From Thermodesulfobacteriota bacterium (GTDB taxonomy: Bacteria > Desulfobacterota_D > UBA1144 > Nemesobacterales > UBA2774), in the NCBI GenBank assembly GCA_035325995.1, contig DAOKYU010000008.1:6897-70896 (forward strand): a stretch of 64,000 bases of DNA, written 5' to 3'. The notes beneath the pieces are model-generated. The model had not been told where the DNA came from, did not search any database, and saw only the letters and a list, made by a program, of their open reading frames with translations. The position numbers were made by a program, and so were the translations under genes. Each line of letters begins with the position of its first letter. The stretch's first letter is position 1. Below are positions 1 through 9,233 of this stretch, piece by piece.

Positions 1-175
1 TTGAATATAGGATATTTGTTTAGTCCCTAAATACCGCAATCCTGTTCCAGAAAAACGTGATCGAGTGGTAAAGCTTAATAGCCCTATTAACTAGATTATT
101 TTACTCGAAGGCAGGGCATTTATCAAGGAATTATTGGACTTGGCGGCGCTTTTCCGGCGGCTTTTAAGGCAGGGT

Positions 176-1402
176 TCAGTCTGAAAGAGAAGTCTCGTAA
201 TCGACCACTCTAAGGTTGTATTTAAGCCCCAGCACCTTTCCCGAAGGCGGGAATACCGCGTAAAAGGGTACGGACTCCCCGGGCTTTATGTCGAAATTAA
301 GCCCCCCCAGCTTCTCCGTATTATAAAAGTCTATATTCCCCGTTTTCTTCTTCAGCTTAAAGAGTATGTCCTGAAGCGGAAGGCCCCTCAGCTCTCCCTC
401 CGTAAAGGTATTACCCGCGTAAACGGTATCGTTGTAAAGCACCTGCCCCGCTGATATGAACTCGCTCTCTATCCTGACGTAGCTGACGGCGCTGTCAGAC
501 CGGTTCGTGACCCTGCCGGATATAACGTAAAGCGGCCCGTTCCTCGTGTTGAGCCACCTTCCCTGGTGCTCCGTGATGACGACGTCGTTCTTCGCGGGCT
601 CGGCCAGCATGCCCGGGACGAGCGACTTCACCGTCCCTTCCACCCGGGCCGCCATTTCGGGGGGCACGTATCCCGTGTTGAGGAGTATCACGTAAGACGC
701 CCCGAGTATGACCGCGAGAATTATCAGCGACAAAAGGGCGTAGGCGAATGTCGTCCAGAAGCCGCCCCTTTTCCCGGGTTTCGGCCTGTATACCCTTCCA
801 ATGTCCTGCCGGGGCCGCGCCGCTTCGGGGGGAGGGACGGTGCTCCGGTATTCGTTGTGCCTGAGAGCGTCCATATTAAGGAAGAGAGCGTCCCCCCTGA
901 TATCGCGCGACTTCTCTTCCGCCGTCTCCGCCTCTCCGCCGCGATCGACGGGTTCGGGCCTCCTTCCGAGCGGAATCTCCTCGGCCTCCTCAGGCTCCTC
1001 GTCCTCGAAGAGCCTCGGCTCCCGGGCCGGGGGCTCCGGCCCTTCCTTGTCTATCTTCAGGTTCTCCCAGTTAAATTCCGAGTCCCTCTTCTTAAAGGCG
1101 TCCTCGATGCTTACCTTAAAGTCCTCGGCCACGGTCCCGGTCTTGCTGATATTTACGAACTCCTCCCAGTTCCCGCCGTCTCCGGCGACGCCTGGCCCCG
1201 CCCCCGGTGTCTTTCCTCCCCCCGGTTTGAGCTCGATACCGTCGGGGTCTATCTCCCCCATCACCTCGGACCGTATCTCGTCGAAGAGCGTTCGCCCTCC
1301 GGCTCCGTCCGCGGCGGCGCTCCCGCACTCGGGGCAAAGGGCCTCCCCGCCGGTCCCGTCGGCTTCGAACTTCGCCTTGCATTTCTCACATTCTATAATC
1401 AT
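176..1402 (-). CDS. zinc-ribbon (MJ0042-type) / DUF3426-like membrane-associated protein
   Basis: N-terminal CxxC...CxxC zinc-ribbon (MIIECEKCKAKFE...CPECGS), a long acidic Gly/Pro/Glu-rich linker, one TM helix (FAYALLSLIILAVILGASYVILL), then a C-terminal beta-rich domain typical of DUF3426 proteins. Confidence 0.6.
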   Translation of the reverse strand: MIIECEKCKAKFEADGTGGEALCPECGSAAADGAGGRTLFDEIRSEVMGEIDPDGIELKPGGGKTPGAGPGVAGDGGNWEEFVNISKTGTVAEDFKVSIEDAFKKRDSEFNWENLKIDKEGPEPPAREPRLFEDEEPEEAEEIPLGRRPEPVDRGGEAETAEEKSRDIRGDALFLNMDALRHNEYRSTVPPPEAARPRQDIGRVYRPKPGKRGGFWTTFAYALLSLIILAVILGASYVILLNTGYVPPEMAARVEGTVKSLVPGMLAEPAKNDVVITEHQGRWLNTRNGPLYVISGRVTNRSDSAVSYVRIESEFISAGQVLYNDTVYAGNTFTEGELRGLPLQDILFKLKKKTGNIDFYNTEKLGGLNFDIKPGESVPFYAVFPPSGKVLGLKYNLRVVDYETSLSD

Positions 1403-1838
1403 CCGGTCCCGCTCTCCCCCGGCTTTCGGAAGGCTTTAAACAATTATTAGTGCTGTCTTCGCGTCCAGTCAATAACCGCCCGCCCCTTCGAACCCTGCCG
1501 CCCCGGGGCGGCCCCCCGGTCTACGCTCCCTATCCCGTTAATACGTCCGAAGCGCGTTCTTCCGCTTTTTGGTATTATATACGACCGGGCGACGAAGTAA
1601 TCTTCTCCTTATATAATTCGCGGTCCCGGCCCCGCGGGTTTCTTGTGGAGCAGCCTGAACGAGCGCTTCATGGCCTTCGGCGACGGCGGGATTCTCTGCA
1701 GCGATGTCTTTACGCGTATAGTCGAAGACCCGAAGCTCCCCGGCGCTTCAGGCTCGCTCAAGCCTAAGCCGCTTTCATTAATTGATTTTCGGGAATTCCG
1801 GTCCTTACTTTCCCGAGATGGGGCTCAAGGCCCCTCAT

Positions 1839-1892
1839 TTGACAAACCCCGGGGGTACCTTATATTGTAAATCTGTTACACTATACTATAAT
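1839..1892 (+). promoter_or_regulatory. tandem sigma70-like promoter elements upstream of ribBA (TTGACA-16-TATATT; TTGTAA-16-TATAAT)
   Basis: TTGACA at 1839-1844 with TATATT at 1861-1866. An overlapping TTGTAA at 1865-1870 with TATAAT at 1887-1892. RBS AAGGAAAAAG lies about 8 nt before the ATG at 1929. Confidence 0.4.
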
Positions 1893-1928
1893 CAAACTTT
1901 TCAATCCGTACCCAAGGAAAAAGACAAT

Positions 1929-3137
1929 ATGCCGATCAGTTCTATAGAAGATGCGATCTCGGATATCCGGGACGGGAAGATGGTTATTCTCGTCGACGAC
2001 AAGGACAGGGAAAACGAAGGGGACCTCGTCGTCGCGGCCGAGTACGCAACTGCGGAAACAATCAACTTCATGGCGAAGCACGGAAGGGGGCTCGTCTGCC
2101 TCGCGCTTACGAAAGAAAACGCCGACCGCATAGGGCTCCAGCCCATAAAGCCAGAATACAACCCCGTTCCCCAGTATACGGCATTCACGATATCCATCGA
2201 CGCGTGTAACGGCATCACGACGGGCATCTCCGCGTTCGACAGGGCCTCCACCATAAAACAGGCCATATCCGAAGAATCCAGGCCCGACGATTTCATCCGC
2301 CCGGGGCACGTGTTCCCGCTCATAAGCAGGGAAGGCGGGGTTCTCGTAAGGGCCGGTCATACGGAAGGCTCGGCCGACCTGGCGAGGCTCGCGGGTTTAA
2401 AGCCGGCTGCCGTTATATGCGAGATAATGAACGACGACGGCGACATGGCCAGGCTCCCCGATCTCGAAAAATTCGCCGAGACGCACAACATCAAGATAGC
2501 CTCGATTGCAGACCTCATCAGCTACCGCCTCCGCGCCGAAAGCCTCGTAAGGAGGGCGGCCTCGGCGGTGATACCGACCGAGTTCGGCGAATTCAAGATA
2601 ATAGTCTACGAAAGCGAGATAGACCCCCAGCACCACGTGGCCTTCGTAAAGGGCGACATCACCCCCGACAAGGACGTCCTCGTCAGGGTTCATTCCGAGT
2701 GCCTCACGAGCGACGTGTTCGGCTCTCTCCGCTGTGACTGCGGGCCCCAGATACGCCAGGCGATGAATATAATCAACAAGGAAGGAATGGGCGTTATACT
2801 TTACATGCGGCAGGAGGGCAGGGGGATCGGCCTCATCAACAAAATAAAGGCCTACGCCCTTCAGGACGACGGCTACGATACCGTCGAGGCCAACGAAGTG
2901 CTCGGGTTCAAACCCGATCTCAGGGATTATGGCATAGGGGCGCAGATTCTCCTCGACCTCGGCGTCAGGAACATGCGTCTCCTCACGAATAACCCCAAGA
3001 AGATAAAGGGCCTCGAAGGGTTCGGGCTCAAAATAGTCGAGCGCGTCCCGATAGAAATTCCGCCCAACGGCAGGAATTCCAGCTACCTCAAGGTAAAGAA
3101 GGACAAGCTGGGACACCTGCTCTCGATGGTGGACTGA
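1929..3137 (+). CDS. ribBA: bifunctional 3,4-dihydroxy-2-butanone-4-phosphate synthase / GTP cyclohydrolase II
   Basis: [41 protein letters not shown] (DHBP synthase signature) plus C-terminal GTP cyclohydrolase II with its Cys cluster ([15 protein letters not shown]). I place the start at the ATG at 1929, preceded by a good RBS; the longer ORF-track start at 1782 is unlikely. Confidence 0.9.
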   Translation: MPISSIEDAISDIRDGKMVILVDDKDRENEGDLVVAAEYATAETINFMAKHGRGLVCLALTKENADRIGLQPIKPEYNPVPQYTAFTISIDACNGITTGISAFDRASTIKQAISEESRPDDFIRPGHVFPLISREGGVLVRAGHTEGSADLARLAGLKPAAVICEIMNDDGDMARLPDLEKFAETHNIKIASIADLISYRLRAESLVRRAASAVIPTEFGEFKIIVYESEIDPQHHVAFVKGDITPDKDVLVRVHSECLTSDVFGSLRCDCGPQIRQAMNIINKEGMGVILYMRQEGRGIGLINKIKAYALQDDGYDTVEANEVLGFKPDLRDYGIGAQILLDLGVRNMRLLTNNPKKIKGLEGFGLKIVERVPIEIPPNGRNSSYLKVKKDKLGHLLSMVD

Positions 3138-3147
3138 GGAGAAAGAG

Positions 3148-3627
3148 ATGCCAAAGGTACACGAGGGCGGCCTCGACGCCAGGGGATTCAAGTTCGCGGT
3201 GGTCGTAAGCAGGTTCAACGATTTCATAACCGAGCGGCTCATGCACGGCGCCGTGGATACGCTCGTCAGGCACGGGGCCTCCGACGGCGACATCGAGATC
3301 ATAAGGGTCCCGGGTGCGTACGAGCTCCTCTACGCGGTGAAGAAGGCCGCCGAAAAGAACAAATACAACGCGATAATAGCGGTCGGGGCGATAATAAAGG
3401 GCCAGACGCCCCATTTCGACTACCTCTCCTCGACGGTGACGAGCCACATAGCTTCCATAAGCCTCGAAAAGGACGTGCCCGTAGCCTCGGGGATAATAAC
3501 GACGGAAACCCTCGAGCAGGCCATAGAACGGGCGGGCTCCAAGGCCGGGAACCGCGGCGCCGACGCGGCCATTTCGGCGATAGAAATGGCGAACCTCACC
3601 AAGGCTTTATCCCGCAAAGGGCAGTAG
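3148..3627 (+). CDS. ribH: 6,7-dimethyl-8-ribityllumazine synthase
   Basis: Full-length match to RibH (FAVVVSRFNDFITERLMHGAVDTL...GAYELLYAV...GQTPHFDY), 10 nt after ribBA. Confidence 0.92.
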   Translation: MPKVHEGGLDARGFKFAVVVSRFNDFITERLMHGAVDTLVRHGASDGDIEIIRVPGAYELLYAVKKAAEKNKYNAIIAVGAIIKGQTPHFDYLSSTVTSHIASISLEKDVPVASGIITTETLEQAIERAGSKAGNRGADAAISAIEMANLTKALSRKGQ

Positions 3628-3635
3628 CTTTATTT

Positions 3636-4103
3636 ATGGGTACAAGGAGACGCTCAAGGGAGCTCGCGCTCCAGTTCCTCTATCAGTTCGACACCCTCTC
3701 GGAAGCCTCGGACGGCGCGCCCGGCGTCTCGGGCAAAGGGGCCTCGCTCGACGAAGAGCTCGCGCTTTTCTGGGAAGGGCACGGCGACCGCATTCACGGC
3801 GACATGAAGGATTTCGCCGGGACGCTCATCCGCGGGACATGCGGCAACCTCTCCCATATAGACGGCATAATCTCGCGCTATTCCGAGAACTGGCGCCTCT
3901 CGCGCATGTCGAAGATAGACAGGAACATACTGCGCGTCGCCCTTTACGAGCTCGTTTACTTGAGCGGCATTCCCCCCGCGGTTACTATTAACGAGGCCGT
4001 CGAGCTCGGCAAGAGGTTCGGCACGGGAGAATCCGGCTCTTTTATAAACGGCATACTGGATAAAATCAGACTGGCGAAGGAAAACGGTGAGCTCATCAAA
4101 TGA
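3636..4103 (+). CDS. nusB: transcription antitermination factor NusB
   Basis: RRRSRELALQFLYQFD...NRLSMSKIDRNILRVALYEL is the NusB signature. Classic rib-nusB linkage. Confidence 0.9.
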   Translation: MGTRRRSRELALQFLYQFDTLSEASDGAPGVSGKGASLDEELALFWEGHGDRIHGDMKDFAGTLIRGTCGNLSHIDGIISRYSENWRLSRMSKIDRNILRVALYELVYLSGIPPAVTINEAVELGKRFGTGESGSFINGILDKIRLAKENGELIK

Positions 4104-5116
4104 TTAGGGAAGCCATAGCCAAGCTCGTCGAGCGTATAGACCTCGAAGAAGACGAAATGTCCGAAGTCATAGAGACCATGATGGAGGGCGAGGCGACGCC
4201 CAGCCAGATATCGGCATTCCTCGCGGCCCTCAGGATGAAGGGCGAATCCGTCCCCGAGATCACGGGGGCGGCGAAGGTGCTCCTCGACAAGGCCACCCGC
4301 ATATCTTCGGGGCACGACGTCGTGGTCGACCTCTGCGGCACGGGCGGAGACAGCCAGGGGACGTTCAACGTCTCCACGGTCGCCGCGCTCGTAGTCGCCG
4401 GCGCGGGGGTCCCCGTGGCGAAGCACGGGAACCGCTCCGTTTCGAGCTACGTCGGAAGCGCCGACGTCCTCGAAGCGCTGGGCGTCGATATAACCCCCTC
4501 CCCCGAAATCGCCGAGAGATGCCTCCGCGACGTCGGCATCGTATTCCTCTTCGCGCCCCTTTATCACCCGGCCATGAAGAACGTGTCCGTTCCCCGGAAA
4601 GAGATCGGCATCAGGACCATATTCAACATCATCGGCCCCATCGTAAACCCGGCGGGCGTAAAGCACCAGGTGATCGGCGTATATTCCGAGGTCCTCCTCG
4701 ACCCGATGATAAAGGTCCTCCGCAACCTCGGCCACAAGGGCGCTATGATAGTCCACGGCTCGGATTCGATGGACGAAATCACGGTCACGGGCAAGACGGT
4801 CATCGCCGAGCTCAAGGACGGCATGGTAAAGAAATTCCAGTTCGATCCTACGGAGATAGGAATTAAAAAGAGGAACATCGCCGAGCTCAAGGGCGGAAAG
4901 ACGGCCGAGGAAAACGCGACCCTCCTCGTTTCTATTCTCAAGGGCGAGGAGAGGGAAGCCAAGAGAGACATAGTTCTCCTGAACGCGGCAGCCGCGATTT
5001 ACGTCTCCGGCACGAGCCCCGACTTCGAAGATGCGCTCGGCCGTGCGGCCGAATCCATAGACTCGGGTAAGGCCTACGCCAGGCTCGAAGGGCTCATAAA
5101 GGCTACGCATAATTGA
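4100..5116 (+). CDS. trpD: anthranilate phosphoribosyltransferase
   Basis: GTGGDSQGTFNVSTVAALVVAGAGVPVAKHGNRSVSS glycine-rich PRPP motif. Overlaps the nusB stop by 4 nt (ATGA). Confidence 0.9.
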   Translation: MIREAIAKLVERIDLEEDEMSEVIETMMEGEATPSQISAFLAALRMKGESVPEITGAAKVLLDKATRISSGHDVVVDLCGTGGDSQGTFNVSTVAALVVAGAGVPVAKHGNRSVSSYVGSADVLEALGVDITPSPEIAERCLRDVGIVFLFAPLYHPAMKNVSVPRKEIGIRTIFNIIGPIVNPAGVKHQVIGVYSEVLLDPMIKVLRNLGHKGAMIVHGSDSMDEITVTGKTVIAELKDGMVKKFQFDPTEIGIKKRNIAELKGGKTAEENATLLVSILKGEEREAKRDIVLLNAAAAIYVSGTSPDFEDALGRAAESIDSGKAYARLEGLIKATHN

Positions 5117-5126
5117 ATCATCGACA

Positions 5127-5936
5127 GTGAGCTTGAATAAAATGGCCACAGGAACGATCCTCGACACCATAATCGAAAACACTCGCATCGAAGTCGCAGA
5201 GGCCGGAAAGTCCCTTCCCCTCGAAAGCCTCTCCCGTCTTGCGCAGTCTTCCCCGGCGCCGCGCGATTTCGCCTCGGCCATAAGCCCGTCCCGCGGGCTC
5301 AGGATTATCGCCGAGATAAAGCACGCCTCGCCCTCCAAGGGCATATTCAGGGAGGATTTCGACCCTGTCGCGATAGGAAAGGGGTACGAAGCAGGCGGCG
5401 CTTCCGCGCTTTCCGTGCTCACCGACAGGAAATTCTTCAGGGGCAGTCTCGACTATCTCGAAGCCGTCAAAAAAGAAGTCTCGATACCTCTACTCAGGAA
5501 GGATTTCATTATCGATCCTTACCAGGTCTATGAGGCCAGGGTGCGCGGTGCGGACGCGATTCTCCTCATAGTCGCGGCGCTGGAGCAGAGCCTCCTCGTC
5601 GAGCTCCAGACGCTCGCACGCGCGCTCGACCTCGGCGTTATGGTCGAGGTGCACGACGAAGCCGAGCTCGAAAGGGCCCTTTCGGCCGGGAGCGACATCG
5701 TCGGCATAAACAACCGCGACCTCCGGACGTTCGAGGTCGACCTCGGCGTTTCCGAAAGGCTGTCGCGGATGATACCCGGCGGTGTAACCATAGTGGCCGA
5801 AAGCGGCATATCTTCCGGAAACGACATCAAGCGGCTCCGGGACGAAGGCGTCCACGTCTTTCTCATAGGCGAGACGTTCATGAAAGCGCCCGTCCCCGGC
5901 GAAGAGCTCGGGAAGCTCATTCGGGAATCCTTATAA
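5127..5936 (+). CDS. trpC: indole-3-glycerol phosphate synthase
   Basis: IIAEIKHASPSKG...LLRKDFIIDPYQVYEARVRGADAILLIVAAL...GINNRDLRTFEVDL is the IGPS signature. Confidence 0.9.
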   Translation: MSLNKMATGTILDTIIENTRIEVAEAGKSLPLESLSRLAQSSPAPRDFASAISPSRGLRIIAEIKHASPSKGIFREDFDPVAIGKGYEAGGASALSVLTDRKFFRGSLDYLEAVKKEVSIPLLRKDFIIDPYQVYEARVRGADAILLIVAALEQSLLVELQTLARALDLGVMVEVHDEAELERALSAGSDIVGINNRDLRTFEVDLGVSERLSRMIPGGVTIVAESGISSGNDIKRLRDEGVHVFLIGETFMKAPVPGEELGKLIRESL

Positions 5937-6049
5937 TTTCAGTCCGCGTACGATGCCGCCTCGCGGCCGCATCCTGCCTTTTCCCTCTTTCCGATACTCC
6001 CGGCTGCCGCCGTTTTGTATAACTCAAAATCCGTATATATTATTGCTTC

Positions 6050-6373
6050 ATGACAGACGAAGCGCCCGTAAAGAAAAAAAGTCCCTTGATCGCCCTGGTG
6101 CTCTCGGGGTTCGTCCCGGGGTTCGGCCAGTTATACACCCGCCAGCCGCTGAAGGGCATAATTCTCCTGGTTCTCTACATAGCCATTACCGTCCTCGGCT
6201 TCGAGCCGTTCCAGACGGTTTTTCAGGCGGTTACGGCCCCCGAAACGGCGGTTCAGGACAAGAAAGCCTTCATTCTTTTTTTCATCTACACCATGGCGAC
6301 CCTGGTCCTTCTTCTCTACGCAATGTTCGACGCGTTTTCGAGGGCGAACAAGATCAACTCCGGCGCGGGGTAA
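6050..6373 (+). CDS. small membrane protein, two predicted TM helices (TM2-domain-like)
   Basis: 107-aa ORF with two hydrophobic helices and a GxGQLY motif. Its own promoter-like region lies upstream. Family assignment is uncertain. Confidence 0.4.
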   Translation: MTDEAPVKKKSPLIALVLSGFVPGFGQLYTRQPLKGIILLVLYIAITVLGFEPFQTVFQAVTAPETAVQDKKAFILFFIYTMATLVLLLYAMFDAFSRANKINSGAG

Positions 6374-6397
6374 AAAGATTCTCTTTTACGTCCCCGG

Positions 6398-6430
6398 CAT
6401 CTTGACAATCGTCCGCTGTAGACATTATTA
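6398..6430 (+). promoter_or_regulatory. sigma70-like promoter upstream of the RND efflux operon
   Basis: TTGACA at 6398-6403, then 16-17 nt, then ATTATT/TATTAT. Sits about 90 nt before the outer-membrane-factor gene. Confidence 0.3.
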
Positions 6431-6520
6431 TTTCGTATATTTTTCGGGCTGTTTCCTATAAAGGATCAGGAGGAGGATCTCCTGTAATTCCCATCCATTT
6501 AGAGTTCGCTGGAGACCTAA

Positions 6521-8014
6521 TTGGCCTGTTTTAAACATGTGTATTTTTGTATAGCCCTCGCAGCGATTGTACATCTCGCTTCGTGCGCGGGCGGAGTTCC
6601 CGAATTCGACCCATACAAGGAAGCCTCCCGGGCGCCCGGCGAGGCATGGGTTCCGTCCGAAGAAGAACGCACCAAATCCTTCGAGCTCGAAGAGCTGCCT
6701 GTCATGCCCGAGGAGCTCAAGCCGGACGAGGAAAAGCTGACGCTCTCACAGCTCGTCGATTTTGCCCTCGTAAACAACCCGACGACGCAGGTCGCCTGGC
6801 AGGACGCAAGGGCCGCGGCGGCGGTGTGGGCTCAGGCTCGCGGGCTCTACTATCCCCAGATAGGGGGCACGGCGAATTACGCATACGCACGGGGCGGCGG
6901 CTCGTCCACCGGCTCCGACCCCTACCGCGAGCAGTACGGCAATGTCGGCCTCACCCTCAGCTACCTCCTGTTCGACTTCGGGGGGCGCGAAGCCCAGATA
7001 GACGCGGCGCGGCTCGCCCTTATAAATGCGAACTGGAATCAGAACGACGCCATACAGAACGTCCTCAACACCGTTGCCGTCTCCTACTATAACTACATCG
7101 GTTCAAAGGCCCTGGTCACCGCATTCGAAACCAACCTCGAAGAGGCGAAGACAAGCCTCGAAGCGGCCGAGCTAAGGCTGGAAGCGGGCGTCGGCACGCT
7201 CCCGGACGTCCTACAGGCAAAGGCCCAGCTCTCGCAGGTCGAGCTCGACCTCGTGGATGCCGAGGGCAACGTCGAAATATTCCGCGGCCGGCTGGCGACG
7301 GCGGTCGGGTGGCCGGCCAACATCTCGTACAACGTCTCCGACGAAGCGAACGAGCCGCCGGTGGCGGCGCTGAGCGACAACGTGAACGACCTTATCGACA
7401 TCGGCATGAAGAACCGCCCCGACCTCGCCGCCGTCCAGGCGACCGTCAGGGAGCAGGAGGCGGTCCTGCGCGAGGCCAAGTCGCGGTTCTTCCCGACCAT
7501 ATCGGCAGGGGCGCAGGTCCTCGAATGGTGGGTCAAGCCCGAGGGCAGCACAAGGGATTATTTCACGAATTACCTCGTCGGGGTCCAGCTCCAGGTCCCG
7601 ATATTCCAGGGGTTCACGATCATAAACTCGGTGCGCGAGGCCAGGGCCGAGCTCGAATCCGCGAAAGCCGCGCTAAAGCTCCAGGAGCAGATAGTAATTA
7701 ACGACGTATGGAACGCCTATTTCAACTTTAAAACCTCGGTCCAGTCCTTAAACGCCGCCGGGAACCTTCTCGAAAGCGCGGCCGAATCCTACGATGCCTC
7801 GCTCGCCAGGTACCGGGCGGGAGTGGGCGACATAATCGAGCTCTTAAACGCGCAGACGACCCTCGCCCAGGCGCGCGCCGAGTACGTTCAGTCAAAGACG
7901 GACATCTTCACTACCTATGCCGACCTCGTAAACGCCATAGGGACGGAGCTTCCGTCCCCGGGCGCCCCGGAAGGCGGGATACCGGCCCTCGAAGGAGGAA
8001 CCACAACGCAATGA
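6521..8014 (+). CDS. RND efflux system outer membrane lipoprotein (TolC/NodT family)
   Basis: Lipobox LASC|AGG after the signal peptide, and the two-repeat OEP coiled-coil architecture (e.g. LSLAQLVDFALVNNPT, LPDVLQAKAQLSQVELDLVDAEGN). Confidence 0.85.
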   Translation: MACFKHVYFCIALAAIVHLASCAGGVPEFDPYKEASRAPGEAWVPSEEERTKSFELEELPVMPEELKPDEEKLTLSQLVDFALVNNPTTQVAWQDARAAAAVWAQARGLYYPQIGGTANYAYARGGGSSTGSDPYREQYGNVGLTLSYLLFDFGGREAQIDAARLALINANWNQNDAIQNVLNTVAVSYYNYIGSKALVTAFETNLEEAKTSLEAAELRLEAGVGTLPDVLQAKAQLSQVELDLVDAEGNVEIFRGRLATAVGWPANISYNVSDEANEPPVAALSDNVNDLIDIGMKNRPDLAAVQATVREQEAVLREAKSRFFPTISAGAQVLEWWVKPEGSTRDYFTNYLVGVQLQVPIFQGFTIINSVREARAELESAKAALKLQEQIVINDVWNAYFNFKTSVQSLNAAGNLLESAAESYDASLARYRAGVGDIIELLNAQTTLAQARAEYVQSKTDIFTTYADLVNAIGTELPSPGAPEGGIPALEGGTTTQ

Positions 8015-9198
8015 TTAAACGAAAGAAACTGTTTTCCGATCCTTTAAGGGCCGTACTGATCTACTCGTTTTCCCTCGCCCTCTTCGTTACGGCCGGGGGG
8101 TGCGGTAAGGAGGAAAAGAAATCCCCTCCGCCCATGCCCGTAACCGTGGCCCCGGTCGAATCGGAGACGGTCCCGATATACCTCGACTACGTCGGCACGA
8201 CCGACTCGATTCAAACGGTCGATATAAATGCGAGGGTGGAGGGCTTTCTCATAAAAAGGGCGTTCGAGGACGGCGCCGACGTCAGGGAAGGGCAGCTCCT
8301 CTTCGTAATAGACCCGAGGCCCTTCGAGGCCGACCTCGCCTCCGCGCAGGCGGAGCTCGCCGAGAGCAGGGCGTCCCTCTCCTATGCTCTGGAGCAGGTA
8401 AGGCGCTACGAGCCCCTCGTCGGGAAGCAGTACATAACCCAGGACACGTACGACGGCTACGTAACCCGGGCCAGGGAGAACCGCGCGGCGGTCGAGGCCG
8501 CCGAGGCCAGCGTGACGCAGGCCAGGCTCAACCTCGGCTACTGCACGATGTACGCGCCGTTCGACGGCCGCATCGGGAGGCGCTACGTCGACGTCGGTAA
8601 CCTCGTCGGCACGCCGGGCCAGCCGACAAAGCTCGCGACCATAGTGCAGCTCGACCCGCTCTACGTCTATTTCAGCGTGGCCGAGCGCGACGTGCCCAGG
8701 GTTATCAGCGCGCAGGAAGAAAAACCGCTCACAGTAAGCGTTCTCCTCCCCGACGAAACCAAAACCCCCGAGAGCGGCACTGTGGACTTCATAAACAACC
8801 AGGTCGACGTCAACACCGGCACAATAGAGCTAAGGGCCGTTGTTACGAACACGAGCGAAAGCATCCTTCCCGGTCAGTACGTAAAGGTCAGGCTCCTCCT
8901 CGGGGAGCAGCCCGATACGACCATAGTCCCCCAGCAGGCCATCGGCGAGCAGCAGGGGCAGAAATACGTCTACGTCGTCGGCGATAAAAACCAGGTCGAA
9001 TTCAGGAACGTGACGGTCGGTCAGGACTACGGCAGCAAGTACACGGTAATAACCGAGGGCGTAAAAGCCGGAGAGAAGGTCATAATCCAGGGGCTCCAGA
9101 AGGTCCGCCCCGGAATGACAGTCTCCCCTAAGGCCGCTCCCAATCCGGCGCCGGGCCCGACACCCGGTCCCCGGTCCCCGGAGAAGGGGGGCGAATAG
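8011..9198 (+). CDS. RND efflux periplasmic adaptor subunit (AcrA/MexA family)
   Basis: Lipoprotein signal (VTAGGCGKE) and biotinyl-lipoyl/beta-barrel hairpin motifs (GQLLFVIDPRPFEA, YAPFDGRIG). Overlaps the upstream gene by 4 nt. Confidence 0.88.
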   Translation: MIKRKKLFSDPLRAVLIYSFSLALFVTAGGCGKEEKKSPPPMPVTVAPVESETVPIYLDYVGTTDSIQTVDINARVEGFLIKRAFEDGADVREGQLLFVIDPRPFEADLASAQAELAESRASLSYALEQVRRYEPLVGKQYITQDTYDGYVTRARENRAAVEAAEASVTQARLNLGYCTMYAPFDGRIGRRYVDVGNLVGTPGQPTKLATIVQLDPLYVYFSVAERDVPRVISAQEEKPLTVSVLLPDETKTPESGTVDFINNQVDVNTGTIELRAVVTNTSESILPGQYVKVRLLLGEQPDTTIVPQQAIGEQQGQKYVYVVGDKNQVEFRNVTVGQDYGSKYTVITEGVKAGEKVIIQGLQKVRPGMTVSPKAAPNPAPGPTPGPRSPEKGGE

Positions 9199-9233
9199 CC
9201 GGTTGCCTTCGATAGCGTACGAGGAGATTCCTA

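Noticed and set aside
1403-1928. Possible FMN (RFN) riboswitch in the 526-nt region upstream of ribBA
   Set aside because: Only short fragmentary resemblances (GTATAGTC, CTTCGG...CCGAAG) are present. The conserved GGGCAGGGTGAAATTCCC / GGATTCAGTGAAATTCTGAAGCCGACAGT cores are absent, and the candidate span is far too short. Promoter-like elements sit just 40-90 nt before the start codon. A covariance-model scan (RF00050) would settle it.
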